Source: Negaprion brevirostris
Lineage: Eukaryota
Assembly: GCA_030324005.1 (NCBI GenBank)
Contig: JARDVH010000025.1
Location: 72,807,137-72,871,136, forward strand
DNA length: 64,000 bases
Direction of reading: 5' to 3'
Below, piece by piece: positions 1 through 12,363 of this stretch. The translations under genes and the position numbers were made by a program. The notes under the pieces are model-generated. The model was not told where the DNA came from and did not search any database. It saw only the letters and a list, made by a program, of their open reading frames with translations. How positions within the stretch are numbered: position 1 is the first letter of the stretch; each line of letters starts with the position of its first letter.

Positions 1-475
1 AAATTGCTATTCACAGCAGCAGAGAACAGTACATAATTCCGAGACTATACTGTCCCTACCACTACTATGTTTCTTTTTACTGCCCCATCTAAAAGGCCTC
101 CTGTACCATGGTGCCATAATCAGTTTGTTCATCTGGTCTGCAGACTTTGCCCTCATCCACACAAGCAGCAAGAATTTAGTATCCATTGGATAAGAATAAA
201 GGCCAAAACTTCTCGAGTGGTGTACCTGGGTCCCCTTAGTTGCCTTACTTGCAGTCATGTCTTTCTGTCCCTGACCACAAACCAGACCTGTACCATTTCT
301 TAAACTAAGGGAAGTGACTGCCTTCAAGTAACCATCCCTTCTCTGGTGCCTTGCAATGTCTTCACCTTGGACTCCAGCTCAATAACTGAAGTTCTTGAAA
401 CGCAGACATTCATTGCTGATGTGCTTATCTGGAATCACAATACTTTCAACAACTCCATATGCTACTCACACATAA
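1..475 (-). mobile_element. Decayed CR1-clade LINE ORF1 fragment
   Basis: The reverse strand resembles the ORF1 region of the CR1 at 40.8-41.4 kb (Cys-rich start, GQGQKDMTASKA, GRDSIV...VLC); frameshifted. Confidence 0.55.
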
Positions 476-1407
476 GAGTTATGCATCTTTATGATTGTTT
501 TGGTTTTGTTTGTAATTGATAGAAGTTATTGATAATTTTCTTTCCATACATTTTAACTATATTNNNNNNNNNNNNNNNNNNNNNNNNNNNNNNNNNNNNN
601 NNNNNNNNNNNNNNNNNNNNNNNNNNNNNNNNNNNNNNNNCCAAATTCAAGGTGCAAAACTTACGATCCAGGTGGGCTCCATAAAACACTCTGGAGTTTC
701 TGACCTGAATTGTAACATTTTCTAGAATCATTCTGTATTTTTAAAATTTCTTAACTAATGATTTGATATAGTTTGTTACATATGCAATGCATATTTACCT
801 TTAACTTATCCTCACCACTTCTCCACTTGCTTGGATGCCACTGTCATTTTCATTTTCTACTGTGCCACGCTCAGACTCAGCTGCTTTTGCCTCTGAGCAG
901 CAAGAGTTTGAAACTAGAGAAGTGTTCCTGCTTTTTTCAATTAGCTGCTTGGTTCCTTTGTTCCATATTCAAACTTTTAAATAAAATTGAAAGAACTCAG
1001 ATTGATATGAAGTTTTTACAATCTCTGTTTCTTCCTGGCTAATGAAGCAAGAGACGATCAGTAGCTGATGAAGTCATAGCAGTGGCCTCCTGCCTCATGC
1101 AAATTAGGTGCCCTCCCACTGACCCCACGTCTCAAGGATGGTTTGTGTTCCTCTGGATTCACAATAAATTTGATGGTTACTTTCCTGATGCTAGACGACA
1201 GATTTATAGATTCATTAAATTTAGCTTCACAGCTTGCTAAGGTGGGATTTGAACCAAATTCTCTGGGATGCTATTCCAATATCAGAACAATAGGATATCA
1301 TTACTGGTATTTTGGATTACTTCTAAAGCATTAGATAACAGAACTGTCTGTGCAGAAAATATCATATTAATCCATTCCCTCAAGCTAGTTCCCTAGTAAA
1401 TGTACAG

Positions 1408-1700
1408 TAAAGTTTATTTATTAGAGTCACAAATAACAATGCAGTGAAGTTGTGAAAATCCCTTAGTCGCCACACTCCAGCGCTTGTTCAGGTGCACTAA
1501 GGGAGAATTTAGCATAGCCAGTGCTCCTAACCAGCATGTCTTTCAGATTGTGGGGGGAAACCGGAGCACCTGGAGGAAACCCAAGCAGACACAGGGAGAA
1601 TGAGCAGGCTCCGAGCAGACAGTGACCCAAGCCAGGAATCGAACCAGGTCCCTGGTGTTGTGGGGCAGCAGTGCTAACCACTTTGCAAGCATGCCACCCC
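1408..1700 (-). mobile_element. tRNA-derived HE1/V-type SINE, variant with aataaataaacttt tail
   Basis: Reverse strand: gtggttagcactgctgc...cagggacctggttcgattcctggcttgggtcactgtctg (A/B boxes), then core gggtttcctccaggtgctccggtttccc, then the tail shared with the copies at 34.9, 45.1 and 62.8 kb. Confidence 0.85.
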
Positions 1701-2928
1701 ACTGAAATGGAAGGCTGTAAGACAACAAACACTGATTCACCGATGGGAAAAACTGAACTCAAGTGTATACATTTCTGCTTGAAGAACAAATTCTATTCCA
1801 CGCAAACTGAAAAGTTCAAACACAAAAATCATACATGGATGCTTTTTGTTTTTGTGTTCTATTCTCTGTATTGATTTGTATAGATTAAATTATGCATAAA
1901 CCTGGGCATTTCAGTACAATTATAGTATTATCAACTTTCATTGTTAAAAAAGAAAATTATATCAACATGAACATCTACATTGAGAAGAGGTGCCTGTCCA
2001 TAAATATACATACACAGATATTTTCCAAAAATTAGTTGAAAAAACCAAAGCCATTAAACTGTATAATTTAGAGTTGTCTTCCACAAATAACAGACTATAC
2101 AGTTTTTAAGACAGTAGTGATTAGTACAGTACATTTTTAGATCAAATTACTGACTAAAACAATGCGCTAAATTATAGGCATATGCAGTGCACTATGGATA
2201 AAGGGCAACTGTATATTTCCTCTCAGATGTATACTTAATTTTTCCTCCTGGTTGTCACAACAACCATGTGNNNNNNNNNNNNNNNNNNNNNNNNNNNNNN
2301 NNNNNNNNNNNNNNNNNNNNNNNNNNNNNNNNNNNNNNNNNNNNNNNNNNNAAGTACAGGAAAATTATATGGGTAATTAAAAAATTTAAATGGAGTTCCA
2401 CAGCTTTATAAGTACAGCAAGTGTTAGGAAGGGTTTATCCATCATTAATCTAATTCAACCTCAGTAACACAAATAATAGTAGTAAATTGTTTAAAAGCTG
2501 AAGCAATGGAAATTGCATTTCTGCTTTCTGCTGTGGTGGCACTTTAAACATTCACGAAAACATTTTGCGTTTCACTAAATAGACAACAATCACATAACCT
2601 GAAGTCTATCCTAATTCCAATAAGGCTGTATTAATTACAGTTCAAAAGTAATTTAACTTTTCAACTCAAATTTCTTCCTACAAACTTAAATGCATTGTGT
2701 AGTTAACATTTTCTCTAATGGAGCAAAAGAAGATAGCATTTTAAAATGTGCAACGATAGCAACAAAGGATATTATATTTTGATAAAACCTAGCCTTCACA
2801 CTAACCTACATGAATGGTATTTTTTTGTGGCAAAACATTCTGAGATATTTTAAACATTCATAGCTGCATTGCAAAGGTCTATTAGTTAGAGTTTAACCTT
2901 AATCCACTTTACCAGACAAAGAATCAGG

Positions 2929-3943
2929 TTAAATCTTAGGTCTCCATCCTTTAATAAATTGCATGATCTTTTTCACTTGCAGTTTTGTCAGTTTAAAATC
3001 ATCAGATAGGATTTCCTCAGTCAATTGAACGAAAATGTTTCCATCAATTCGCTCACGGACAAAGAACGTCAACACATCTTCTGATAGGCCTATGAACCGT
3101 AGGCATTTGGAAACTTCCTCCACAGAAAGGGTAGAAAGGTCAGATGGTGGGTGCCAGTACAAACCACTACCATTTAATTTGGGCATACTTGGGGTATTAG
3201 ATAAAGGGAGGGAAACAGGTATTTCTGTATTGCTTCTCGATGACACTGGAGGGACCTCTATAACTCCTTGTGTGAGATAGACCCTTGTGACTCCACCTTC
3301 GGCACCTCTTACGATCGTAGGTGAAAGAGAAGCTGTGCTTCTGATGATGATGTTGTCTGAATCACAGACTTTGGGAGGACGTGGTGGTGGGACTGGACAA
3401 GATATGCTCTCGGTCTGTTTGTATAATGAATCCTGCACACAGTTCCTAAACTCCTGATTGTACCTTAAGTCTCCAGAATTGCTGACCGACCCTGGATCAG
3501 GAGAAGTGCTACGGCTGACCGTAGGATCAAAATGGTCCGATGTGGTGGGTGGAGACTTGTGATGATCAGAAGATTCCAACCAATCTGTGGCTGACGGACT
3601 AGATGAGTAACTAGGATTGGCAAAAGGGTTTAATGCCCCAAATGGAGCAAACCGTTTCTGAGAGCTTGGTGGTTTCAGCCGAGGGCAACTGTAGTAACTC
3701 TTGAGCACTGCACCTCCTGATAATTGAGGTGTAGATCGCCCACTCATCACATTTTGAACATTGTCTGAATATGCCCATGGATCCGACCAGGAGGTCTGCA
3801 CGTTCTGGATATTAGATGAAATGTTCCCTGATATTGGATGATTGGAAGAATCTGTAGCCTTGCAGTCTCCCCACGTACATGGGTAACAGTAGAGGGAATA
3901 CGAGTCTGGGGATGGCGAACAGCTGCCACTGCGAGTTCCAGAA
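2929..3943 (-). CDS. GAREM2: GAREM2 last coding exon with C-terminal SAM domain and stop codon
   Basis: Acceptor tttcctcctgtttccag|T (phase 2). Reads SGTRSGSCSPSPDSYSLYCYPCTWGDCK...QKRFAPFGALNPF...WHPPSDLSTLSVEEVSKCLRFIGLSEDVLTFFVRERIDGNIFVQLTEEILSDDFKLTKLQVKKIMQFIKGWRPKI*. In frame with ORF 2929..3801; TAA at 2929-2931. Confidence 0.97.
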
Positions 3944-4584
3944 CTGGAAACAGGAGGAAATAAATGAAGAGTTTATTAGAGATGTGACATGTAGATTAGT
4001 CCTCTATCATTACCAGACTGTGTGAAGTGATCTCTTCAACAGAACTATCACCACAAACCACAAGGAAGAAGCTCAACAAATAGTGGGCAAAGTTAGTGGA
4101 ATTTAGGAAAGTAAATTCAATTCAAATTGTGAAGATTCTGGGAGAAAACTCAATTGCTTCAATTTCATTCTCTTAAATGTTGAGCTCAATTATGAGTTGA
4201 TCAATATAACTGATAGTGTTGTGTTCTCATTCACGAGGTATCTCATTCTCACCCCAAACTGTTGGGCAATTTATACATTGTTAATGACATGCAACATCCA
4301 CAAGTTGTTATTTCTTCAACAAATCCACTACTTAAAGCATAAAACCCAAAGATAGGAATTCTGGACAATATTAATCATGCCAATTAATTTTATTGTCTGA
4401 TCTGAAGCATTGAGATTTCATTGACTATTTTAATCACAAACTCTCTCAGTGCATATTTATATATTTAGAAGATGTCCATCCAACAAAATTAAACTTTTCT
4501 GTATTTGAATTGTTACCAGAACATTCAGGATTCACTTAAAAATTGTCAGATTTTGTTATGCCACTTTCAACAATTGTTGAGCAT

Positions 4585-4731
4585 TAAAGTTTAAAGTTTA
4601 TTTATTAGTTTCACAAGAAGTCTTACATTAACACCACAAGTTACTGTGAAAATCCCCTAGTCACCACACTCCGGCACCTCTTCAGGTACACTGAGGGAGA
4701 ATTCAGCATGGCCAATGCACCTAACCAGCAC
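4585..4731 (-). mobile_element. 5'-truncated SINE (3' half of the same family)
   Basis: taaagtttatttattagtttcacaag...gaaaatcccctagtcaccacactccggc...ggccaatgcacctaaccagcac matches the 3' half of the 1.4-kb copy. Confidence 0.8.
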
Positions 4732-6210
4732 ACATTACACAGGCATATTAAGAAACTTATTGACCATTATAGCAGTTATGTTGCTTGAGTGCTGTGAGGG
4801 AAGCATCAAAGGTTCGTTATTACAGGTGCATATGATTGGCTCATTTTTTGTTATATTTACCAACAATCACATCCAAGACAATTTTTTATTTCATTTTTTT
4901 CCCAACAGAGGAATCTTAACCCCCTAACATAATGCAAGGAAAGTCTGTTATTTGGATCTACTCTCTCAATAACTGACTATAGCAATGCAATACTCCATCT
5001 GTGTGAACAAAATAACTTGTCGTTGTAAATGTGTCAGAATCTGTGAACTGGATAACAACTGCCAAATGCCCCTCCCGAAATGGTGGGAAGCAGGCATTAA
5101 AATTGGGAAATAACCCTCTATATCCCTAGTAGAGAACATTCTGACAGTAATTGTCAAAGATTCAAATGTCCGTAGGCAGCTAGAAAAATTGCCTGTCATA
5201 CTAAAGCACTTAAAGAAATAATTAAGGTACATAACAGGAAGCATAAATGCAGAAAAGACAAGTCATAAGCATTCCAAAATTGAATTTGCAATATTAAGGA
5301 AAGCCCATTTGTCATGAAATTGGCCATTCATGTTAGCATCATCTGACCTTAATGCACTTTACATTACTGAATGAATGTAATTTGGTACAGTATTATAGTG
5401 TTTATCAATAGGAGATTTTTTTGCTTGTAGCAGTATATTTGTTATAGATGCACCATGTACATATAATGGAATACAAATACATTCTTCAACTGGGTAGGGT
5501 TCCCCAGTGATGCAGAGACATTTCAGTAACTAATCCCTTCAAACACTTAAAGGGCAATAGCATTATATTGGAAGTTTTGGATGGCCTCACTGCAACACAC
5601 TAAAAAACTAATCTGAAGCCCACACTAGAATCATGGTGTCAATGCCACCATTAATGCAATAGGCACTACGAGTGAGATTCTAACTCATTCATAACCCACC
5701 TACTTGAACAGAGCTAAATGTGGGCACAAACAAAGTAGTTGGTACTTCTTATATTCCTTGATCTAGTTGGGTCATTAATCATCTTGCAACACTGAGTTGC
5801 TATGTGTGGGTCATTCAGCTGATAATCAGTGCTCTCACCATCTTTTTCACTGAACTTAAGCACATTTCTTTGAAGTCCTTTGTGGTTAATTATCCGAGGT
5901 AAAGCCTCCTTCCTCTGCTTTCCTTAAGCTAACACCACTTGCACAGCCAGAACCTAAGGTTCTACACTTGAAGCCAACTTATCTTTCATTGTTCAAGGAT
6001 GTAAACTGCTTTTAATCAAAGTTTGTTTTGATTATACCAGCCTCTTTAAGGTACAGCAGGTATTTAAATCCTGTGTCAAATCACCATTTCAATCTTCAGC
6101 TCCATTGGTTCCTCTTTTTTATCCATTTATAGTTACAACATTTGAATGGTCTCCTGGATGTTGACATATTTTGGATGTACAGGAAAATTAATTAAAGTTA
6201 ACAACTTGTT

Positions 6211-6540
6211 ATTTCTTCATGGGGTGTGGATGTTGCTGGCTGGGCCAGCATTTATTGCGAATCCCTGAGAGTATTTACAAGTCAACCATACTGCTGTCAC
6301 ACTAGAGGCGCATGTAGGCCAGATTAGGCAGATTTACTTCCCTAAAGTGAACCAGATTTTTTTTTACAACAATTGACAATGGTATCATAGTCATCATTAG
6401 ACCTTTAATTCCAGATTTGTTTTTTAACTGAATTCAAATTTCACCATCTGCTGTGGTGGTATTCAAACCCAGGTCTCCAGAGCATTATCCTGGGTCCCTG
6501 GATTACTAATCCAGCAACAATGCAACTACAACGCCATCCC
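6211..6540 (-). mobile_element. tRNA-derived SINE with L2-like 3' tail
   Basis: Reverse-strand head (tggattagtaatccagggacccaggataatgctctggagacctgggtttgaataccacc) and tail (caataaatgctggcccagccagcaacatccacacccc) are shared with the 18.6 and 45.4 kb copies and with the 3' end of the L2-like LINE at 49 kb. Confidence 0.75.
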
Positions 6541-8152
6541 CCAATTTAGAAACATAGGAACAGGAATAGCCATTTGGCTACTCGAGCCCATTCCATCTTT
6601 CAATGAGATCATGGCTGACCTGTTACCCAACTTCACCTTTGCCCCATTTCCCTCAAAATCAAACACTTAATTTTAAAATTAGTNNNNNNNNNNNNNNNNN
6701 NNNNNNNNNNNNNNNNNNNNNNNNNNNNNNNNNNNNNNNNNNNNNNNNNNNNNNNNNNNNNNNNNNNNNNNNNNNNNNNNNNNNNNNNNNNNNNNNNNNN
6801 NNNNNNNNNNNNNNNNNNNNNNNNNNNNNNNNNNNNNNNNNNNNNNNNNNNNNNNNNNNNNNNNNNNNNNNNNNNNNNNNNNNNNNNNNNNNNNNNNNNN
6901 NNNNNNNNNNNNNNNNNNNNNNNNNNNNNNNNNNNNNNNNNNNNNNNNNNNNNNNNNNNNNNNNNNNNNNNNNNNNNNNNNNNNNNNNNNNNNNNNNNNN
7001 NNNNATCACATTAAAAACCCAGGGGGCGGGGCCAATTCACATCAGGGTTTGACAGCTCCGGAACTCTGTGCATGTGCTGCCCCCTACCTCAACACCACCA
7101 TGGCCCAATCTCGGCCCCCATGACAACTCCCGGGCCAGGCCCAACCCGACCCCTGTCCAAGAGCACCCCGATCTCCAGACTCCCCCCTCCAGCAGTGGTG
7201 ATCCCCTTGCCCACCGGCAACCAACCAACCCCCCTACCCCTATCCACCGGAGGCAGACTCCCCCAATGGAAGGTAGACCCCTTCCCCTCGACAGGAGAGC
7301 ACCCAACCCCCAGCCTGCCCTGATCGCTGGCCTCCCTCCATCGATCCCCATGCCCAGAAGGTACCACTCCCACTCTGCCCCACTCCCCCTGGAAGGCCCT
7401 GTTTGCCCTCCCTTCACTCCAGCGGGGTCTCCTGTTAGTTCCCTGAATGTGGGGAGCTACTGTAAACCCCGCTGGAGTGAAATACTTTTTGTGGGGTGGG
7501 AGATGCAATCTGGCAAGTTCTGTGCTGGGCCTGATAATGACATTTAAAGTAGATTAAAAATACATTTAAAATCACTTCCCTCTCTTCCCACAGGTTTCCA
7601 GTGCAGTCCCAACTGCGCCTGTTCTCTGGCTCTGGGAGACACGCATGCATCAGGAACGCATGAGCAAATCTCGCAAAATGGCCAAGAGGCACCTCTTCCA
7701 ACCTGACTGACCAGAAAATTTGCGGGTGGCGATAGGAGAATCGGCCTGAATGTCTCCCAACCCAGCCCAAACTGTTCTCCTCACTAAGTTGAGAAGTTTA
7801 ATCACAGCACCATTCAACCTTCCAAAGGCTAGGGAACGCACCTCTAGCTTGAATAATCTCTCCTTGAAATTTAAGCCTTGATGCCTAGGTACCATTCTGG
7901 TAAACTGACACTGCACTCCCTGTGGCCAATATACCTTTCCTAAAATGCAGTGCCCAGAACTGAGTACAGGAGAAAATTTGACTCATCCAAAAACTTGCAA
8001 GAAACAGTTAAAATGCAAAACAGTTCAATAACAATAGCCTACATCCCTATGAGTAATTAATCTGAAGATGTCAAAAATATACCCAAATCTGGTGACAATG
8101 AAAAAAATTTAAGTTATAGGCTGGAAATTAGTGTTTGCAATATTAGCATCTG

Positions 8153-8478
8153 GAGGTCTTATGGTGCAGTGGGTAGTAGCATCCCTGCCTCTGAGCTAGA
8201 AGCTCCGGGTTCCAATCCCACCCAAGATTTGATGGTCACGGAAGCTGCATACATAACATGGTCAAACAGGTTGTGTATCAACCAACAAAATCCTTTCAAC
8301 ATGGTGGTGGAGCAGGAGAGACTGCTGCTCAGCCATGCTTGATGTGGAGTGGCGCCCTTCAAGCTATAAGCCTCTGGCAGTGGGCAAGTGATCTGTCCCT
8401 GGAATAACTAACCATGGAAACAGATGAAAGTCTACCTTGTGCATTACTGGATGTGGGAAGGGAAACAAAAGCAACAAC
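8153..8478 (+). mobile_element. tRNA-headed SINE with (CAA)n tail and 11-bp TSD
   Basis: Head ggtcttatggtgcagtgggtag...ccgggttccaatccca (A/B boxes); tail aaacaaaagcaacaac; flanks attagcatctg (8142-8152) and attagcacctg (8479-8489). Confidence 0.7.
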
Positions 8479-9688
8479 ATTAGCACCTGAGTGGTGGCAT
8501 TCCCTGGAATCAAGATCCTGGGGCATAACTCTCCCCGACCAAGAGTTGTTGACCAATCAAAGGCCACAACACTTGTGCTTGGCAGCACTAAGGAGGAGGC
8601 CATGTCCTCTGCCGGTAGGAGAGGCACCAGGATCCTAGGATCGAGGAAGATCTCGTGGGTCAATAATCCTTTAAATTCCCACTATTTCTTCTTCTGTATC
8701 TGATTTGGCATTGAACTCGTCACGTCTAATTCAGACTTCTCAGCTCCTGTGCTGTTTAATTCTCAATTTTTCAGTCTGATTGCTTATATAAACATGCAGT
8801 TGCTTTCCCTGTTCACGCAGATGCTATGTTTTCCTTAATGCGACATCATCAGCTTACACATTCAGCAAGTCACCACATAAAATAAAATTAGAAACCTAAA
8901 TGTGTAAGGGCAAGTCTAACTAATGGCACACATGATGTCCTGCTGCAGTACAATTTGGACCATTGTGCCATATAATGGGAAATGTATTATGTTACTGTCA
9001 AAATGGAGTTGTGTGTAAATGGCATTTTCTTTTAAGGCCACAAGGCGGACTTTCTGTAAATAAACAGATTTGTGGGAAATTCAATGAGTCGACTTTAGAC
9101 ATTCCTGGAGTGAATTAAAAGCTAACTGCTGGCAAATTTTCTTCATAGATTGGCAGCTACTTGTAAATCCCCAGTACTTCCACAAGGTTGGGGGAAAGCA
9201 ATAAATAACTGGTTTCTATTGTCTTAAAATGCTGTTTCAGTAATTAATAATCTCCCTGTGCATAACTAAGTTATTGCATTTTTTAAAAAAAAGAACATTT
9301 GCAAAATCAAAAACTGGTTGCAACAATTTGCCTGGGACCATTTACCTACTTACCTAAGACTGAGAAATAAAAGAAAAATATAACAAAAGAACTGTTGCAT
9401 TACAAGAAATGTATGCATGTATCATTTTGTTCCGCAGTGATTTCCCCCGAGAATGTTCCTCAGGATCAGTCAGCAGTTATATTGTTTTACAACAAGAGAT
9501 GCTGTGTCATTCAGATAACAAAAAAATACATGCCACTGACTTAATGGCCTGAACATTGCAGAAAGGCGCTAACCCTACATTGATCTTCGAGATCAGGTTT
9601 TTCCCTTTCCCATCATTAGTTTGAGCAGTAATGTCACCAATCAAGGTAAGCAGCTCATCACGTTCTCACAGGCTGTAAACTAGTGATT

Positions 9689-9815
9689 GGCCGGAATTTT
9701 ACCATCCCGCCCACCGCGGGAAGTGGAGCGGGCAAGGGGACAGATCACGGAAAGGTCCGTTGACGTCAGCTAAGATTTTCCGATTTCGGGATGAGTGAGG
9801 CCAGAAAATCTCACC
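9689..9815. mobile_element. 127-bp MITE, PIF/Harbinger-like
   Basis: Imperfect terminal inverted repeats ggccggaatttt...gaaaatctcacc with a 3-bp ATT duplication on both sides; GC/CpG-rich within AT-rich flanks. Confidence 0.6.
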
Positions 9816-10803
9816 ATTACCTTCCACTTTTAGTAAAATTTACTGACAGCAAAATAAAGACCTGGGCATAGGGGTAGGATTCTGGATAGAATCTAAAAGA
9901 TAAATTAACTTTTAAAACAATTATGGAATTTTTTTAAAATTAGACTGGAGAAAGTTGACACCACTCGAATAGAAAACCAGATTTCAGGACTGGAGAGGTT
10001 TTCAGCATTAATAATCATCTTAATACGCAACCTTTAAAAAAAAAAGTTACAACTCATTTAGCAAGGTCTAACTTGAAGTGTTTCCACAGTGAGTCTAACT
10101 GTGAAAAAAGGAAAGCTCTCAGGTATTTTCTAATTAATTGCAGCTTGAGGGACTTGAAGGGGCTGCACTTTTGTCTGGGTGGTGAGGTGCTTTTCGGCAT
10201 GCTAGTGGCCACTCTTAAGATTACTGGGGAGGAAATCTGATTTTCCTTCTTATTCCTGATCCCACGCCATTTTCGTCGAGTTTTTTGCCGAAAGTGCAAA
10301 ATGCACACCCGCTCCCACTGAAATCAGGCTCCCTATCTTAAATAGGGATGGAAATCAGATATCCTCATATCACTCATTTCCATCTTGTTGTGTGGGATTT
10401 AGGAAGTCCATTAAAAGCACACCAGGTATGAGAGTTCCTGAAGAAAATAGAAATTTTGCTGAGGGGTCTGGAATATTCTGGAAGGTAAATCTGAAGTGTC
10501 TTCATACCTTAATATGTCACCATTAGGTGCTATAACCAAGATGTATTTTTAACGTGCTGATTTGTTTTGCTGATGCTGATAGGAGGAGTTTAAACTAATT
10601 TGGCAGGGGGAGGGTTCACAGTCTGTTAGCAGAATAAGGGCACAGAATCATACAGTAAAACAAACACGTCAGAGGGAGTGCAGCTGTATTAGTTTCAAGG
10701 GAGTAAGGCCAGGCGAGATGGCCTCTAACACCAGGAGTATTGCAGGCAAAACAGATAAGTTGAGGGCGATAATTTTCACATGGAACTGTGATATAGTAGC
10801 TAT

Positions 10804-10977
10804 AGTAAGAAATCTAACAACACCAGGTTTAAGTCCAACCGATTTATCTGATAGTAAACTCGCAAGCTTTCGGGGTTTGCCCCTTCATCAGGCGAATGGA
10901 GAGTTCTGGCCTCAGACAGAGCATGCCAGACTTCTTACTGTGTTTACCCCGGTCCAACGCCAGCATCTCCACATCAT
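10804..10977. mobile_element. Short Penelope-like (pLTR-type) insertion with hammerhead motif
   Basis: agtaagaaatctaacaacaccaggtttaagtccaac...cttcttactgtgtttaccccggtccaacgccagcatctccacatcat. Flanked by atatagtagctat (10791-10803) and atataggagctat (10976-10988); splits the CR1 motif DIVAI|TxTWL. Confidence 0.75.
10858..10897 (-). ncRNA. Minimal type I hammerhead ribozyme motif (intact core)
   Basis: Minus strand: AUUCGC CUGAUGA A GGGG-CAAA-CCCC GAAA GC UU GCGAGU. Stem I is 6 bp (one G-U), stem II is 4 bp, and a palindromic AGCU replaces stem III. Confidence 0.7.
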
Positions 10978-12280
10978 ATAGGAGCTATCACAAAGACATG
11001 GTTGAAGGAAGGACACGATTGGCAATTCAACATTCTGGAATATAGAATCGTCAAGCGAGGCAGAGGAGGGGATAAAAGAGGAGGAGGCGGTGCACTATTC
11101 GTTAAGGAGTCAGTTCCTACAGTAAGGAGAGAAGGTATCTTGAAGGGGGCATCAAATGAAGCTTTGTGTGTAGAACTTAGAGGTAAAAAAAGGGGCAACC
11201 ACATTGTTAGGTGTTTATAGACCCCCAGGTAGAGGGATATTGAGGAGTAAATATATGGAGATGTGTAAAAACAATAAGAATAGGATTATTATATTACGTG
11301 ATTTCAACTTTCCCAACATTAACTAGGATGTATATAGTGTTAAGGGCTTGGATGGAAATGTATACAGGAGAACATTTTCGATCAATATATAGTGGGTCCA
11401 ACAAGTGAAGGAACTGTGCTGGACCTAATTCTGGGAAATGAAGCTGGATAGGTGGCTGAGGTGGAGGTGGGCAGCATTTAAGTGATAGTGATCACAATAT
11501 GGTACAATTTAAGTTTGTTATTGACAATGAAATAGACAGGCTGCAAAAGAAAATTTTGGATTGGGGAGAGTGGATTTTAGTAAAATAAGGCAGGATGTGG
11601 CCATAGTAGACTGAGAACAGCTACTAACGGGAAAAATCTACAGAAGAGGAGTTGGGGGGGGCATTCAAAAAGGAAATGGGGAGGGTACAAGCCCAACATG
11701 TTCCTTCTAGGGTGATAGATAGGAGTAATAAGCCCAGAGAACCATGGATGACAAGAGATATCCAGGATACAATGAGAAGAAAAGAAATGCTCTTAGAAAG
11801 TACAACGGGAACAAATCAGTGGATGCATTAGTGAGATTTAGAAAGTGCAGGGTGAAGCTTAAGAAAGCAATTAGGAAAGCAAAGAGGGGATATGAGAAAG
11901 CTCTAGCTTGTAAAAGTAGGGAAAATCCCAAAATATTCTACAAGTATATCAATGGGAAGAGGATAACCAGGGAAAGAGTAGGGCATTTGGGACCATGGGG
12001 ACAATCTGTGGGTGGAGTCAGAGGACATTGGTAGAGTGTTGAATGAATGCTTCACATCTGTCTTCACTCTAAGAATGAGGACGGTAGTATAAAATTCAAG
12101 GAGAGAGACTGTGAGCAATAGACATAGGGAAGGACAAGATATTGGAGGTATTGGCAGCCTCGAATGCGGATAATTCTCCAGATTTGGATAAATTGTACCC
12201 CCAGCTGCTGTGGGAGGCAAGGGAGGAAATTGCAGGGGCTCTGCCCAAATTTTCAGTTTCCATGTGGCTTTTGGGGAGGC

Positions 12281-12363
12281 ATGATATGGAGATGCCAGTG
12301 TTGGACTGGGGTAAACACAGTAAGAAGTCTCACAACACCAGGTTAAAGTCCAACAGGTTTATT
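12281..12363 (-). mobile_element. Penelope-like repeat end (tail plus arm), truncated by an assembly gap
   Basis: atgatatggagatgccagtgttggactggggtaaacacagtaagaagtctcacaacaccaggttaaagtccaacaggtttatt is the reverse complement of the tail seen at 45.7 and 38.5 kb. Confidence 0.75.

Noticed and set aside
2929-3801. 290-aa ORF as a standalone SAM-domain gene
   Set aside because: It is the last exon of GAREM2. The frame stays open up to the acceptor at 3943 and the ORF start is a GTG codon inside the exon.
7005-7760. Overlapping Pro/Gly-rich ORFs of 110-160 aa
   Set aside because: C-rich low-complexity sequence that is open in several frames on both strands with no protein motif. Probably the interior of a non-autonomous DNA element whose left end is in the gap.
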